Positions 54,469 to 62,520 of a DNA stretch of 64,000 nucleotides are shown piece by piece. The notes under the pieces are model-generated. The model worked only from the letters and a program-made list of their open reading frames with translations. It ran no database searches and was not told where the DNA came from. The stretch comes from Acidobacteriota bacterium (GTDB lineage: Bacteria > Acidobacteriota > UBA890 > WLXD01): positions 17,085 through 81,084 of the forward strand of contig JAJCXT010000055.1 in the NCBI GenBank assembly GCA_029263295.1, given 5' to 3'. The position numbers and the translations under genes are program-made. Positions within the stretch are counted from its first letter, which is position 1. Every line of letters begins with the position of its first letter.

Positions 54469-54887
54469 CCCCGCGCACGCGCTCCTACCTGCTCCTCGGC
54501 GCCACGCTGGTGATCGGGATCGTCCTGGGGGCTCTGTTGGTCGGAGCCCTCGGCCAGTTTCGCGCCGGTCGTATCGAGGGCATGCGTGACCGGGACGGCT
54601 TCGTTCGCGACATCCAACGCATGATCCAGCCTCGCGACGACGCTCAGAGGGCAACGCTACGTCCGATCATCGAGGCCACTGCGACGCGCAATCGGCAGGT
54701 CATGGACGACTTCAACGATCAGATGCGAGCCGCGCTGGCTGAACTCGTCGCCGAACTCGAGCCGCACCTGGACGAGGAGCAGATGGCGCGTCTGCAACGC
54801 TTCGCCGACCGCCCACCGCCACCCGGAGGCCCCGAGGGCCGCGGCGGGCCAGGAGGTCGCCGGCCACCGCCCCCAAAGAGGCGCTAG
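54465..54887 (+). CDS. Periplasmic Spy/CpxP-like (LTXXQ-type) stress protein
   Basis: A signal peptide or TM is followed by helical repeats 'QRATLRPIIEATATRNRQVMDDF' and 'EEQMARLQRF', with a Pro/Gly/Arg-rich tail. It overlaps the anti-sigma stop by 4 bp. Confidence 0.45.
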   Translation: MTPRTRSYLLLGATLVIGIVLGALLVGALGQFRAGRIEGMRDRDGFVRDIQRMIQPRDDAQRATLRPIIEATATRNRQVMDDFNDQMRAALAELVAELEPHLDEEQMARLQRFADRPPPPGGPEGRGGPGGRRPPPPKRR

Positions 54888-54920
54888 CCAGACAGCCCGG
54901 ATGGACGGGATCCGCCGACC

Positions 54921-55514
54921 CTAGGAGGCCGTGTCGAACGCCATTACGCGATCCATCCAATCGACGACCTGTGGGGCCAGCTCTTCCCGGTCGCAGAATC
55001 CGTAGCCAGACCCGCGGAACACCACCGGAGCGGTCGTCACATCGGCCCCCGTCATCGATTCGCCCACGAGCCAACGACGACCCTCCAGGACAGGCGCCAA
55101 CTCAGCCGCTGCGCCCTTGAACGCTGCCTGCGCAGCATCGAATACCGCCGGATCATCGCCGCCCTCCAGACGGTGATTCACCACTCGTACCAGCGGTGCG
55201 AGCAGTTTGGCGCGACCAAATGTCTCCCAGCCCTCGATTGCAACGAGGGTTTTGCGATTCCCGGTAAACAGCCGTGGAGCCGCGGGGAAGTTGGCATCGA
55301 GGTACCGGAGGATGGCGCCGGAATCGAATAGGAGCACGTCACCGTGGCGCATGACCGGCGTGAGGGGCTGGCCGGTGAGGTTCACAACCTGATCACGGTC
55401 GTGCGGATCGATATCGTGAAAATTGTATGACAAGTCCTTATATTTCAGTGCGATACGGACCTTCATGTTGTTGCTGGTCTCGAACCCGAACACTTCGATC
55501 GCTGCCATGTGCAC
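54921..55514 (-). CDS. Glutathione S-transferase family protein
   Basis: A thioredoxin-like N-domain ('NNMKVRIALKYKDLSYNFHDID...PVMRHGDVLLFDSGAILRYL') is followed by a C-terminal helical domain. Confidence 0.7.
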   Translation of the reverse strand: MHMAAIEVFGFETSNNMKVRIALKYKDLSYNFHDIDPHDRDQVVNLTGQPLTPVMRHGDVLLFDSGAILRYLDANFPAAPRLFTGNRKTLVAIEGWETFGRAKLLAPLVRVVNHRLEGGDDPAVFDAAQAAFKGAAAELAPVLEGRRWLVGESMTGADVTTAPVVFRGSGYGFCDREELAPQVVDWMDRVMAFDTAS

Positions 55515-55724
55515 TTCTCCTGATGTCTGCGTCCGGGCGATGACTGCTCAAACGCTGGCCTGAATGTAGCCGGGGAGCGTCCCTGACGCTGCCCGACCGG
55601 CCTCTCCGATACCGGAAATCCCTTAGAGCCATATAGAAAAAAAGGCGCCAGGGGGGTCGACAATGCCGCCCTGACCGGTCAGCCTGTCATCGGGTTGTGT
55701 TTCACATTTTCTACGGGGGATTTT

Positions 55725-56018
55725 ATGACCAAGGCCGAAATGGCAACGAAGCTGTCCGCGAAGTGCGATCTGTCTCAGGCAAAAGCCGCCGAGGTAATCG
55801 ACTGCATCTTCTCGACCAAGGACCGTGAAGGCATCATCGCGATCGAACTCGACGCTGGGCGCGAAGTCTCGATCGCCGGCTTCGGCAAGTTCGAGACGCG
55901 CAACCGCGCAGCGCGCATGGGCCGTAACCCGGCTACGGGCGCGACGATTCACATCGCAGCGACCACAGTCGCCGCGTTCAAGTCCGCCAAGGGCCTGAAG
56001 GATCGCGTCGCCCAATAG
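55725..56018 (+). CDS. HU/IHF-family nucleoid-associated DNA-binding protein
   Basis: 'MTKAEMATKLSAKCDLSQAKAAEVIDCIF...GFGKFETRNRAARMGRNPATGATIHIAA' is the canonical HU fold with the beta-arm 'RNPATG'. Confidence 0.85.
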   Translation: MTKAEMATKLSAKCDLSQAKAAEVIDCIFSTKDREGIIAIELDAGREVSIAGFGKFETRNRAARMGRNPATGATIHIAATTVAAFKSAKGLKDRVAQ

Positions 56019-56129
56019 GTGGCCCTCGCGACTAGCAGCTCTTAGGGCGCCCGACGCAGACAGCGTCTGGCGCCCTTTCTGCATCAACTTCTGCATCAAC
56101 GGGGATACGAAGCACTGATCACCGACCCG

Positions 56130-57254
56130 ATGGCCATCGCTGTGATCCTGGCAGGGATCGTGTGGCTCGCCCTGCAAATGGAGCGCCGCCTGCCAGCGTT
56201 CAAGGCCCTTGGCGCCGCGCTGGTTGGCATCTTGCTGGGGATGCTGCTGTCCAACACCGGGGTGCTACCTGGCACTTCGCCTACCTACGCGTGGCTCGCC
56301 AGCACGGGTGTGAGCCTCGCTGTGGTCCTGATTCTCCTGAACGTCGACATCGCCTCCGTTCGTTCCGCCGGCCCGCGCATGTTCGGCGCTTTCGTGATCG
56401 GCGCCGTCGCCAGCGCCGTGGGCGCCATGGTCGCGTTCCTTGCCGTTGGAGCGGCTGTCGGGCCCGAGGCCTGGAAACTCGCCGGCCAGTTCACCGGCAC
56501 GTACACCGGCGGCGGCATGAACTTCGCCGCGCTCGGCCGCGCCCTCAACACCAGCAGCGACATGTTCACCGCTGGCATCGCGGCCGACGTCGCCCTGACC
56601 GCTGTCTGGATGGCGGCCTGCCTCATTGCACCCCTGGTGCTGGGTAGCGACCCTGTCGCTAAGGAGCCTGACGATGCGGGCGGCCCCGCCGCGGAGGGAG
56701 GCGTCGCGCAGGCGCTCGCGAGCAGTCTGCGACCGCTGGCTATCGCTGACCTGGCGGCGCTGGTAGCGATCGCGATTGGGACGCTGTGGCTGGCCGGACG
56801 GCTCGCCGCGGTGATGCCCTTCCTACCGGAGGTGCTGTGGCTGAGCACCATCGCGCTCGCGCTCGCTCAGATTCCAGCGATTCGCACCCTGGCAGGCGGT
56901 GCGCTGCTGGGTAACTACCTGTTGCTGCTCTTCCTGGCAGCCAACGGTGCACAGTCGGTACTGGCCAACATATTCCGCGTCGGGCCGGCGATCTTCTGGT
57001 TCGCGGCCATCACGATCACCGTGCACGGCGTGGGAATTTTCGGCATCGGCAGACTCTTCGGTATCGACGCAGGCACGCTGGCGGTTGCGTCGCAGGCAAA
57101 CGTCGGTGGGCCGGCCTCGGCGGTCGCCCTGGCTGGCGCCCGCGGCTACACCGACCGCGTCCTGCCCGGCGTGGCAGTGGGGCTCCTCGGATATGCCGTG
57201 GGCAACTACTCCGGCTTCCTGGTCGCAAACCTGGCCCGGGCGTGGCTCGGCTAG
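56130..57254 (+). CDS. DUF819-family integral membrane protein
   Basis: 374 aa with about 10 TM helices. 'FTGTYTGGGMNFAALG' is characteristic of DUF819. Confidence 0.55.
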   Translation: MAIAVILAGIVWLALQMERRLPAFKALGAALVGILLGMLLSNTGVLPGTSPTYAWLASTGVSLAVVLILLNVDIASVRSAGPRMFGAFVIGAVASAVGAMVAFLAVGAAVGPEAWKLAGQFTGTYTGGGMNFAALGRALNTSSDMFTAGIAADVALTAVWMAACLIAPLVLGSDPVAKEPDDAGGPAAEGGVAQALASSLRPLAIADLAALVAIAIGTLWLAGRLAAVMPFLPEVLWLSTIALALAQIPAIRTLAGGALLGNYLLLLFLAANGAQSVLANIFRVGPAIFWFAAITITVHGVGIFGIGRLFGIDAGTLAVASQANVGGPASAVALAGARGYTDRVLPGVAVGLLGYAVGNYSGFLVANLARAWLG

Positions 57255-57879
57255 ACGCAGCCCGAGCGCAGACGGGCTCCCGCGGCAGAAGTCCGACAGG
57301 CAAACGGCGCATACTGGGCTCCTGAGCTCACTCCCCCTACGCTGGAGAAACCTAATCTCCCGACAGCCCGTTACCGGCAACCTGAGCGGCCTGCAGACTT
57401 CGCAGCGTCGCGCTCTCGACCGGACCTTCCGCCGCAGGGTTCCACCCGACCGCGTCGTCACCAATGAACTGGCGCGACATCTGGCCGCGATCTCGCGCGA
57501 AACCGGACGCCAGATCGGCGTCCTGATAACTCGCGAAGGAGCCATCCGCCACGTCATCGTGGGCGATGCTCACGAACTCATGCTCCCCGATATCGGGCGG
57601 CTACGCGGCGGCGCGGGACGGTTCCGCGGCCTGCGGCTGGTGCACACGCATCTGCGCGGCGAGGCGCTGACCACCGACGATCTCAGCGACCTCGCGCTGC
57701 TGCGTCTCGACATGGTGGTTGTCGTCCAGGCCACCGACGAGGGCGGGGCCGGCGCGGTCGAAGCCGCCTACCTGGATCCCGCTCTCCTGGCCGGCGACGA
57801 CGACGCAGCCCCCGCCGAGCCCTTCGTTCACGTCTACGCTCCCGACGCCCGCGCGCTCGACCTCGACCTTGTAGCGACG

Positions 57880-58992
57880 ATGAACGCTCTCGAGGACGAG
57901 TTCGACAGGGTGATCGCAGCCGCCCGTGGTCCAGCCGACGCCGAGCGCGTCCTGGTAATCGGCGTGCGCATCGAGGATCGCCACTTCGAGGAAACTCTCG
58001 AACTCGTACGCTCCGCAAACGTGATCATTGCGGGTTCTCTGCGGCAGCGTCGCAAGCACGTTCATCCGCGGACAATCGTCGGGCGCGGCAAGCTGCAAGA
58101 GATCATCCTGGAGGGTATGCGCCGCAGCGCCGATGTCGCGATCTTCGACGTCGACCTCAAGCCCGCCCAGGCCCGCGCGTTCGAGGATGCCACCGGCATG
58201 AAGGCTATCGATCGCACCCAGCTGATCCTCGACATCTTCGCCCAACGCGCTCACAGTCGCGACGGCAAGCTGCAGGTCGAGCTGGCCCAGTTGCGCTACT
58301 CGCTGCCGCGACTCACCGACCAGGATGCGGGCCTGTCGCGACTCACAGGTGGCATCGGCGGCCGCGGCCCAGGTGAGACGGTGATGGAAATCGGCCGACG
58401 GCGGATTCGCGATCGCATCCGGCGACTGGAGAAGCAGGTCGCGCAGCTGTCCAAGCAGCGAAACCTGCGACGCCAGCAGCGACAACGCCAGGGTGTGCCC
58501 GTGCTCTCCATCGTCGGCTACACCAACGCCGGCAAGAGCACGCTCCTGAACGCTCTCACGTCGTCGGACATCGAGGCCTCGAGCCGCCTCTTCATGACGC
58601 TGGATCCGACGAGTCGTCGGCTGCGGTTTCCGCAGGAAGGCGAGGTGATCATCACCGACACTGTGGGGTTCATCTCCGAGCTCCCCCCTGACCTGGTCGA
58701 GGCGTTCCGCGCGACGCTCGAAGAACTCGAACATGCCAGCCTGCTGCTGCACGTCGCCGACGCCTCCGATCCACATGTCGACGACAAGATCGACGTCGTC
58801 AACGAACTCCTCACGGAACTCGATCTTGGTGATGTGCCGACGCTGTGCGTACTGAACAAGGCCGATGCGGTAGATCCGGAGGAACTACAGGCGTTGGTGG
58901 CCCGACACCAGGCTGTGGCTGTCAGCGCGCTGCGCCGCGAAGGGCTGGAGCGTCTCATCAGCGTGGCGGAGGCCCGTCTGTCAGCGCGCTGA
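57880..58992 (+). CDS. hflX: GTPase HflX (ribosome-associated). The minimal call starts at ATG 57880; the same frame stays open ~600 nt further upstream
   Basis: The N- and M-domains show 'RVLVIGV...DRTQLILDIFAQRAHSRDGKLQVELAQLRYSLPRLT'. The G-domain shows 'GYTNAGKSTLLNALT' (G1), 'DTVGF' (G3) and 'NKAD' (G4). Confidence 0.75.
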   Translation: MNALEDEFDRVIAAARGPADAERVLVIGVRIEDRHFEETLELVRSANVIIAGSLRQRRKHVHPRTIVGRGKLQEIILEGMRRSADVAIFDVDLKPAQARAFEDATGMKAIDRTQLILDIFAQRAHSRDGKLQVELAQLRYSLPRLTDQDAGLSRLTGGIGGRGPGETVMEIGRRRIRDRIRRLEKQVAQLSKQRNLRRQQRQRQGVPVLSIVGYTNAGKSTLLNALTSSDIEASSRLFMTLDPTSRRLRFPQEGEVIITDTVGFISELPPDLVEAFRATLEELEHASLLLHVADASDPHVDDKIDVVNELLTELDLGDVPTLCVLNKADAVDPEELQALVARHQAVAVSALRREGLERLISVAEARLSAR

Positions 58993-60132
58993 GAACCAGC
59001 CCGCGAGAACTCCCTCCGCCGGCTTGCCGCGAGGCGTGAAATCGCTGTTGCGCAGTCCACCCCAGGCCGGCGCCGTGTACCAGTTCCAGAAATAGACGCC
59101 GGCGATGTGGGGCTCCGGGTCCGCACCGAACACGTCGCGGATGCACCGGTAGATCAGCCCCTGACCCTCGGGGTCCGGCGCCTGGCGGTCGTGCCACTCC
59201 CATGGCTGATAGGCAGACCCGACGGCCGACTTGTATCCGACCTCGGTAAGTAAGACCGGCCGGTCGAAGCGTACGGCAACGGCCTCCAGGCGCTCCCTGA
59301 CGGCGTTCAGGCGCACACGACAGCCCGTCGTCGACAGAACGTCCTCCGGCCCGTCGAGGAGCGGCCAGAAGGCGTCCACGCCCACGAAATCGACCGCGTC
59401 CCACCAGGTCGCGGCCTCGAACTCCCGGTCCCAGTTCGCCGCGTAGGTCAGGAATCCTGGGTATACCTGCCGCAACTCGGCTGCGAGTTCACGCCAGAAC
59501 TCTGGATGTCCGATCGCGACCGCGGTGAGTTCGGAGCCGATCGAGATCCCCGCTACTCCGAGTTCGGCGGCCAGGCCCGCGTACTCCAGGAGTGCCGTCT
59601 GATAGCTCTCGGACCACGCCGGCCAGTCGGCCGCCGCAGGATCGATATCGCCACGCCAGGCACCATCGTCCCGCTCTGCCAACCACAGGTGCGGCTTGAG
59701 CAGCACCGCAAGACCACGATCATGCGCCGCGACAACGACCGCGCGTGTCTGTGCATCGATCGCTCCACGCGAGGGCTCCCAATAGAACTCGCTGTCGCCC
59801 AACCGGCGCTGAAAAAAACTCGGGATGACGGCCACATGTCCCACGCCGAGTTCGACGAGGACATCGAGAGCGCTCTCGATCTGGCTTTCGTCGAGCAGGC
59901 CGCCGTAGTCGCCGATCGGCTGGAGGTTCATACCGCGATGAAAAGCCGCGGGTAGCGGCGACGCTGCGAGATCCTGCGGGGCCGGTTCAACAGGATCGAG
60001 CGTTGGGTTGCAGCCCGCGAGAACGACCAGCGTCGCCAGGAGAAACCCTGCCGGGGTGCTGCGAAAGGCGATGCTGCAAGAGGCCGGGAGATGCCGGGCG
60101 GGCCGGGTGGTCTTTGTCATCGGCGCTGTCAT
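58981..60132 (-). CDS. Clan GH-A glycoside hydrolase lipoprotein, a paralogue of 44600-45670
   Basis: The ATG at 60132 gives lipobox 'LVVLAGC'. It shares 'LLKPHLWL', 'IGSELTA', 'TYAANWDREFE', 'LLTEVGYKS' and 'FTPRGK' with the other copy. Its 3' end overlaps the hflX 3' end by 12 bp (convergent). Confidence 0.6.
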   Translation of the reverse strand: MTAPMTKTTRPARHLPASCSIAFRSTPAGFLLATLVVLAGCNPTLDPVEPAPQDLAASPLPAAFHRGMNLQPIGDYGGLLDESQIESALDVLVELGVGHVAVIPSFFQRRLGDSEFYWEPSRGAIDAQTRAVVVAAHDRGLAVLLKPHLWLAERDDGAWRGDIDPAAADWPAWSESYQTALLEYAGLAAELGVAGISIGSELTAVAIGHPEFWRELAAELRQVYPGFLTYAANWDREFEAATWWDAVDFVGVDAFWPLLDGPEDVLSTTGCRVRLNAVRERLEAVAVRFDRPVLLTEVGYKSAVGSAYQPWEWHDRQAPDPEGQGLIYRCIRDVFGADPEPHIAGVYFWNWYTAPAWGGLRNSDFTPRGKPAEGVLAGWFSAR

Positions 60133-60205
60133 GCGCAGATGGTAGATCATCCGCGCCTCCAGCAGCCCGCCGTGCGGGCGCAAGCCGTGATTGACCCGTT
60201 GTGGG

Positions 60206-61669
60206 TCAGCGTTTCGACCCGCCTTGGGGCAGGGAACCTCCGGGCGCGGCGAAAAACGGCGCGAGCGCGCTGGCCGGCACCGGGCGCGTCAACCGGCTCA
60301 CGGCGACAAACAGGACGAGGCTCGACAGAACCCCGGCGAAGATTGGATCGATGCCCCAGGGATAGGCCGGCCCCTGCAACCGCCAGGTCATGAACGCCGT
60401 GAAGCCGCCCAGCATCGACGCGATGGCGCCGGCGGTGGTGCCGCCACGCCAGTTCAAACCGAACAACACCGGCACGAAGAAGAACGAGGCTATGATCTTG
60501 CCGTAGTCGACGACGATCTCCTGCATCAGACCCATATCGACGAACGTGAGGCCCAGCGGAATCAGCCCCACGAGCAGCACGCTCCATCGGTTGACCCTCA
60601 ACTTCTCCGCCTCACTCGCGGCTGGCCGGACGAGCTTGCCGTAGAGATCGTGCGAGAGCCCCGCGGCGCTGATGATCATGATCGAATCGCAGGTGCTCAT
60701 GATCGCGGAGATCGCGCCGACCAGCAGCAGCGATCCCGCCAGTGGCGGCAGCACCTGCAAGGCGAGCACGCTGCTAGCGAGATCAGGCGTCGGCAACATC
60801 GGGAAGAGAGCTCGGATGCCGAGTCCAGCGACAAGGGCCACGCTACCGATGACCGCCTGGAACACGAAGGCGATCCCGATAGCGAGACGCACGGTCGCTA
60901 CGTCGCGCATCGCGTAGATCCGAGCAATTTGGTACGGGGCCGTGGCCCCGCTCAGCGCGAACGCGAGCGCGAACACCGTGACTTCGCCGAAGCCGAAGTA
61001 CCAGCCGGTCAGGCGTGGGTCGAGGCCGCTCAGCAGCCGCCCCATGATCTCGAGGCCGCCGACGCGATAGAGCAGCAGCGGCACCGCCACGCAGAACGCC
61101 AGCACCATCACGAGCGCCTGCACATAGTCCGTGTACACGCTGCTGCGCATGCCGCCCATCCACGTGTACAGCAGCGTCATCAGCGCCACGACGAACACGC
61201 CGGCAAAGAACGGCCAGCGGAAGATCGCCTGGAAGATGATCCCGCCCGCTGTGTATTGCGCGGACAGGTAGACGGTATAGGCGACAACGATCAGCGTCGC
61301 GGATATGACGCGGGCCAATTCGGAGTTGTAGCGCACGGCGATGTAGTCGGGCACCGTCACGCCACCGAAGGCACGCAGCTTCGGCGCCACCCAGACCGCC
61401 GCGACGACCCATCCCATCCACATCCCCGGCCAAATCCAGACCCAGGAAACCCCCGACATGTAGTGGAACCCGATCGTCCCGACGACCGTGCCGGCGGACA
61501 ACTGCGTCGCCGCCAGTGTGGCACCGCCGACGACAGCGCCGATCGACCGTCCCGCCACGAGAAAATCGACCTCGGTATGAGTCTGGCGGTACGACCACCA
61601 TGCGATACCCATGATCACGGCGCCGTAGAGGCCGAGCACCACGAAGAACACCGTCGGCGCGTTAGCCAC
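60206..61669 (-). CDS. Sodium:solute symporter (SSF) family transporter
   Basis: 487 aa with about 13 TM helices. Motifs include 'FLVAGRSIG...GATLAATQLSAGTVVG' and 'GGMRSSVYTDYVQ'. Confidence 0.8.
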   Translation of the reverse strand: MANAPTVFFVVLGLYGAVIMGIAWWSYRQTHTEVDFLVAGRSIGAVVGGATLAATQLSAGTVVGTIGFHYMSGVSWVWIWPGMWMGWVVAAVWVAPKLRAFGGVTVPDYIAVRYNSELARVISATLIVVAYTVYLSAQYTAGGIIFQAIFRWPFFAGVFVVALMTLLYTWMGGMRSSVYTDYVQALVMVLAFCVAVPLLLYRVGGLEIMGRLLSGLDPRLTGWYFGFGEVTVFALAFALSGATAPYQIARIYAMRDVATVRLAIGIAFVFQAVIGSVALVAGLGIRALFPMLPTPDLASSVLALQVLPPLAGSLLLVGAISAIMSTCDSIMIISAAGLSHDLYGKLVRPAASEAEKLRVNRWSVLLVGLIPLGLTFVDMGLMQEIVVDYGKIIASFFFVPVLFGLNWRGGTTAGAIASMLGGFTAFMTWRLQGPAYPWGIDPIFAGVLSSLVLFVAVSRLTRPVPASALAPFFAAPGGSLPQGGSKR

Positions 61670-61772
61670 GGTCTCTCCGGTTGGCCCAGATCGCCCAGAC
61701 GAAATAGGCGACGCACCAGACTCCAGCGACCAGGAAGAAGGCCCAGAAGTTCCAGCCGAATCCGTCGTTCAT
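61662..61772 (-). CDS. Small single-TM protein translationally coupled to the SSF transporter (DUF3311/DUF4212-like)
   Basis: 'MNDGFGWNFWAFFLVAGVWCVAYFVWAIWANRRDRG' is 36 aa and overlaps the symporter start by 8 bp. The longer 73-aa track ORF is an R-rich N-extension, probably non-coding. Confidence 0.45.
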   Translation of the reverse strand: MNDGFGWNFWAFFLVAGVWCVAYFVWAIWANRRDRG

Positions 61773-62470
61773 CGGGCCGACTCCACGAGACTTCGAGCGC
61801 GGCGACGGGCCCAGTACCAGCCGGCCAGGAGCATGCCAGCCGCGACGGCGAGCGACGTCCACTCCAGAATCCGGTGCGCCCACAGCCCCACACCGGCGTC
61901 GCCGAACACGACGTGAACCTGTGCCGGCACCGCCAGAGTCGCGGTGCCGAGTTCTCCGCTGCCGGTAGCGAGCAGCGGCGGGAACGAGTTGCCCGCGAAC
62001 CTGGCCCCGTCGGGTAGCCCAACGGTCAACTGGACCGAACGTTCCTCGCCGGTCGGAGTGGCCTCGGGCACAGGCAGGGCGAATCGATAGCGCGCGGGGG
62101 CCGCGTTCCGTACGCGGTACCCGATCGCCACGACTCCGACGCCCACCCCCTTGCCGGAACGCAGCGCCCGCATCGCGCTGCTACGTCGTTCCTCGGTGAA
62201 GGGCACGCTCTCACCATCGATCTGGAACTCGAACCGGTCGAGTCGCTGGCCCGGCAGGTCCGCGAGCAACACGACAACCTCGCCCTCGCCCTCGAGCCGG
62301 AAGAACGCTGAGACCGTCGCTGCGGTCGAATCCTCGATGTCGAGAGAGATCTCGGCCGACAGGAGTCGCGTCCCTTCGCCTTGCTCCTGAGGCGAAGCAC
62401 CGGCAGCATGGGCCGGCACGAAGGTGCCGAACACCACGGCGACGAGGACGGTTTCGCGTAGGCGTTTCAC
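61769..62470 (-). CDS. Secreted hypothetical protein with a C-terminal membrane anchor
   Basis: Signal peptide 'VLVAVVFGTFVPAHAAGA'. The C-terminal TM is 'WTSLAVAAGMLLAGWYWARRR'. It overlaps the downstream small ORF by 4 bp. Confidence 0.45.
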   Translation of the reverse strand: MKRLRETVLVAVVFGTFVPAHAAGASPQEQGEGTRLLSAEISLDIEDSTAATVSAFFRLEGEGEVVVLLADLPGQRLDRFEFQIDGESVPFTEERRSSAMRALRSGKGVGVGVVAIGYRVRNAAPARYRFALPVPEATPTGEERSVQLTVGLPDGARFAGNSFPPLLATGSGELGTATLAVPAQVHVVFGDAGVGLWAHRILEWTSLAVAAGMLLAGWYWARRRARSLVESAR

Positions 62471-62520
62471 GGGTTCGGCAGCTTCGCAGAGCCCGTACAG
62501 CTATGCAACCGGAGACTGGA

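Noticed and set aside
55515-55724. A-tract with a GC stem ('atagaaaaaaaggcgccagggggg') in the GST/HU divergent intergenic region, considered as an sRNA or terminator
   Set aside because: No gene on either side needs a terminator there, and the stem is imperfect. It is more likely promoter-associated curvature for the HU gene.
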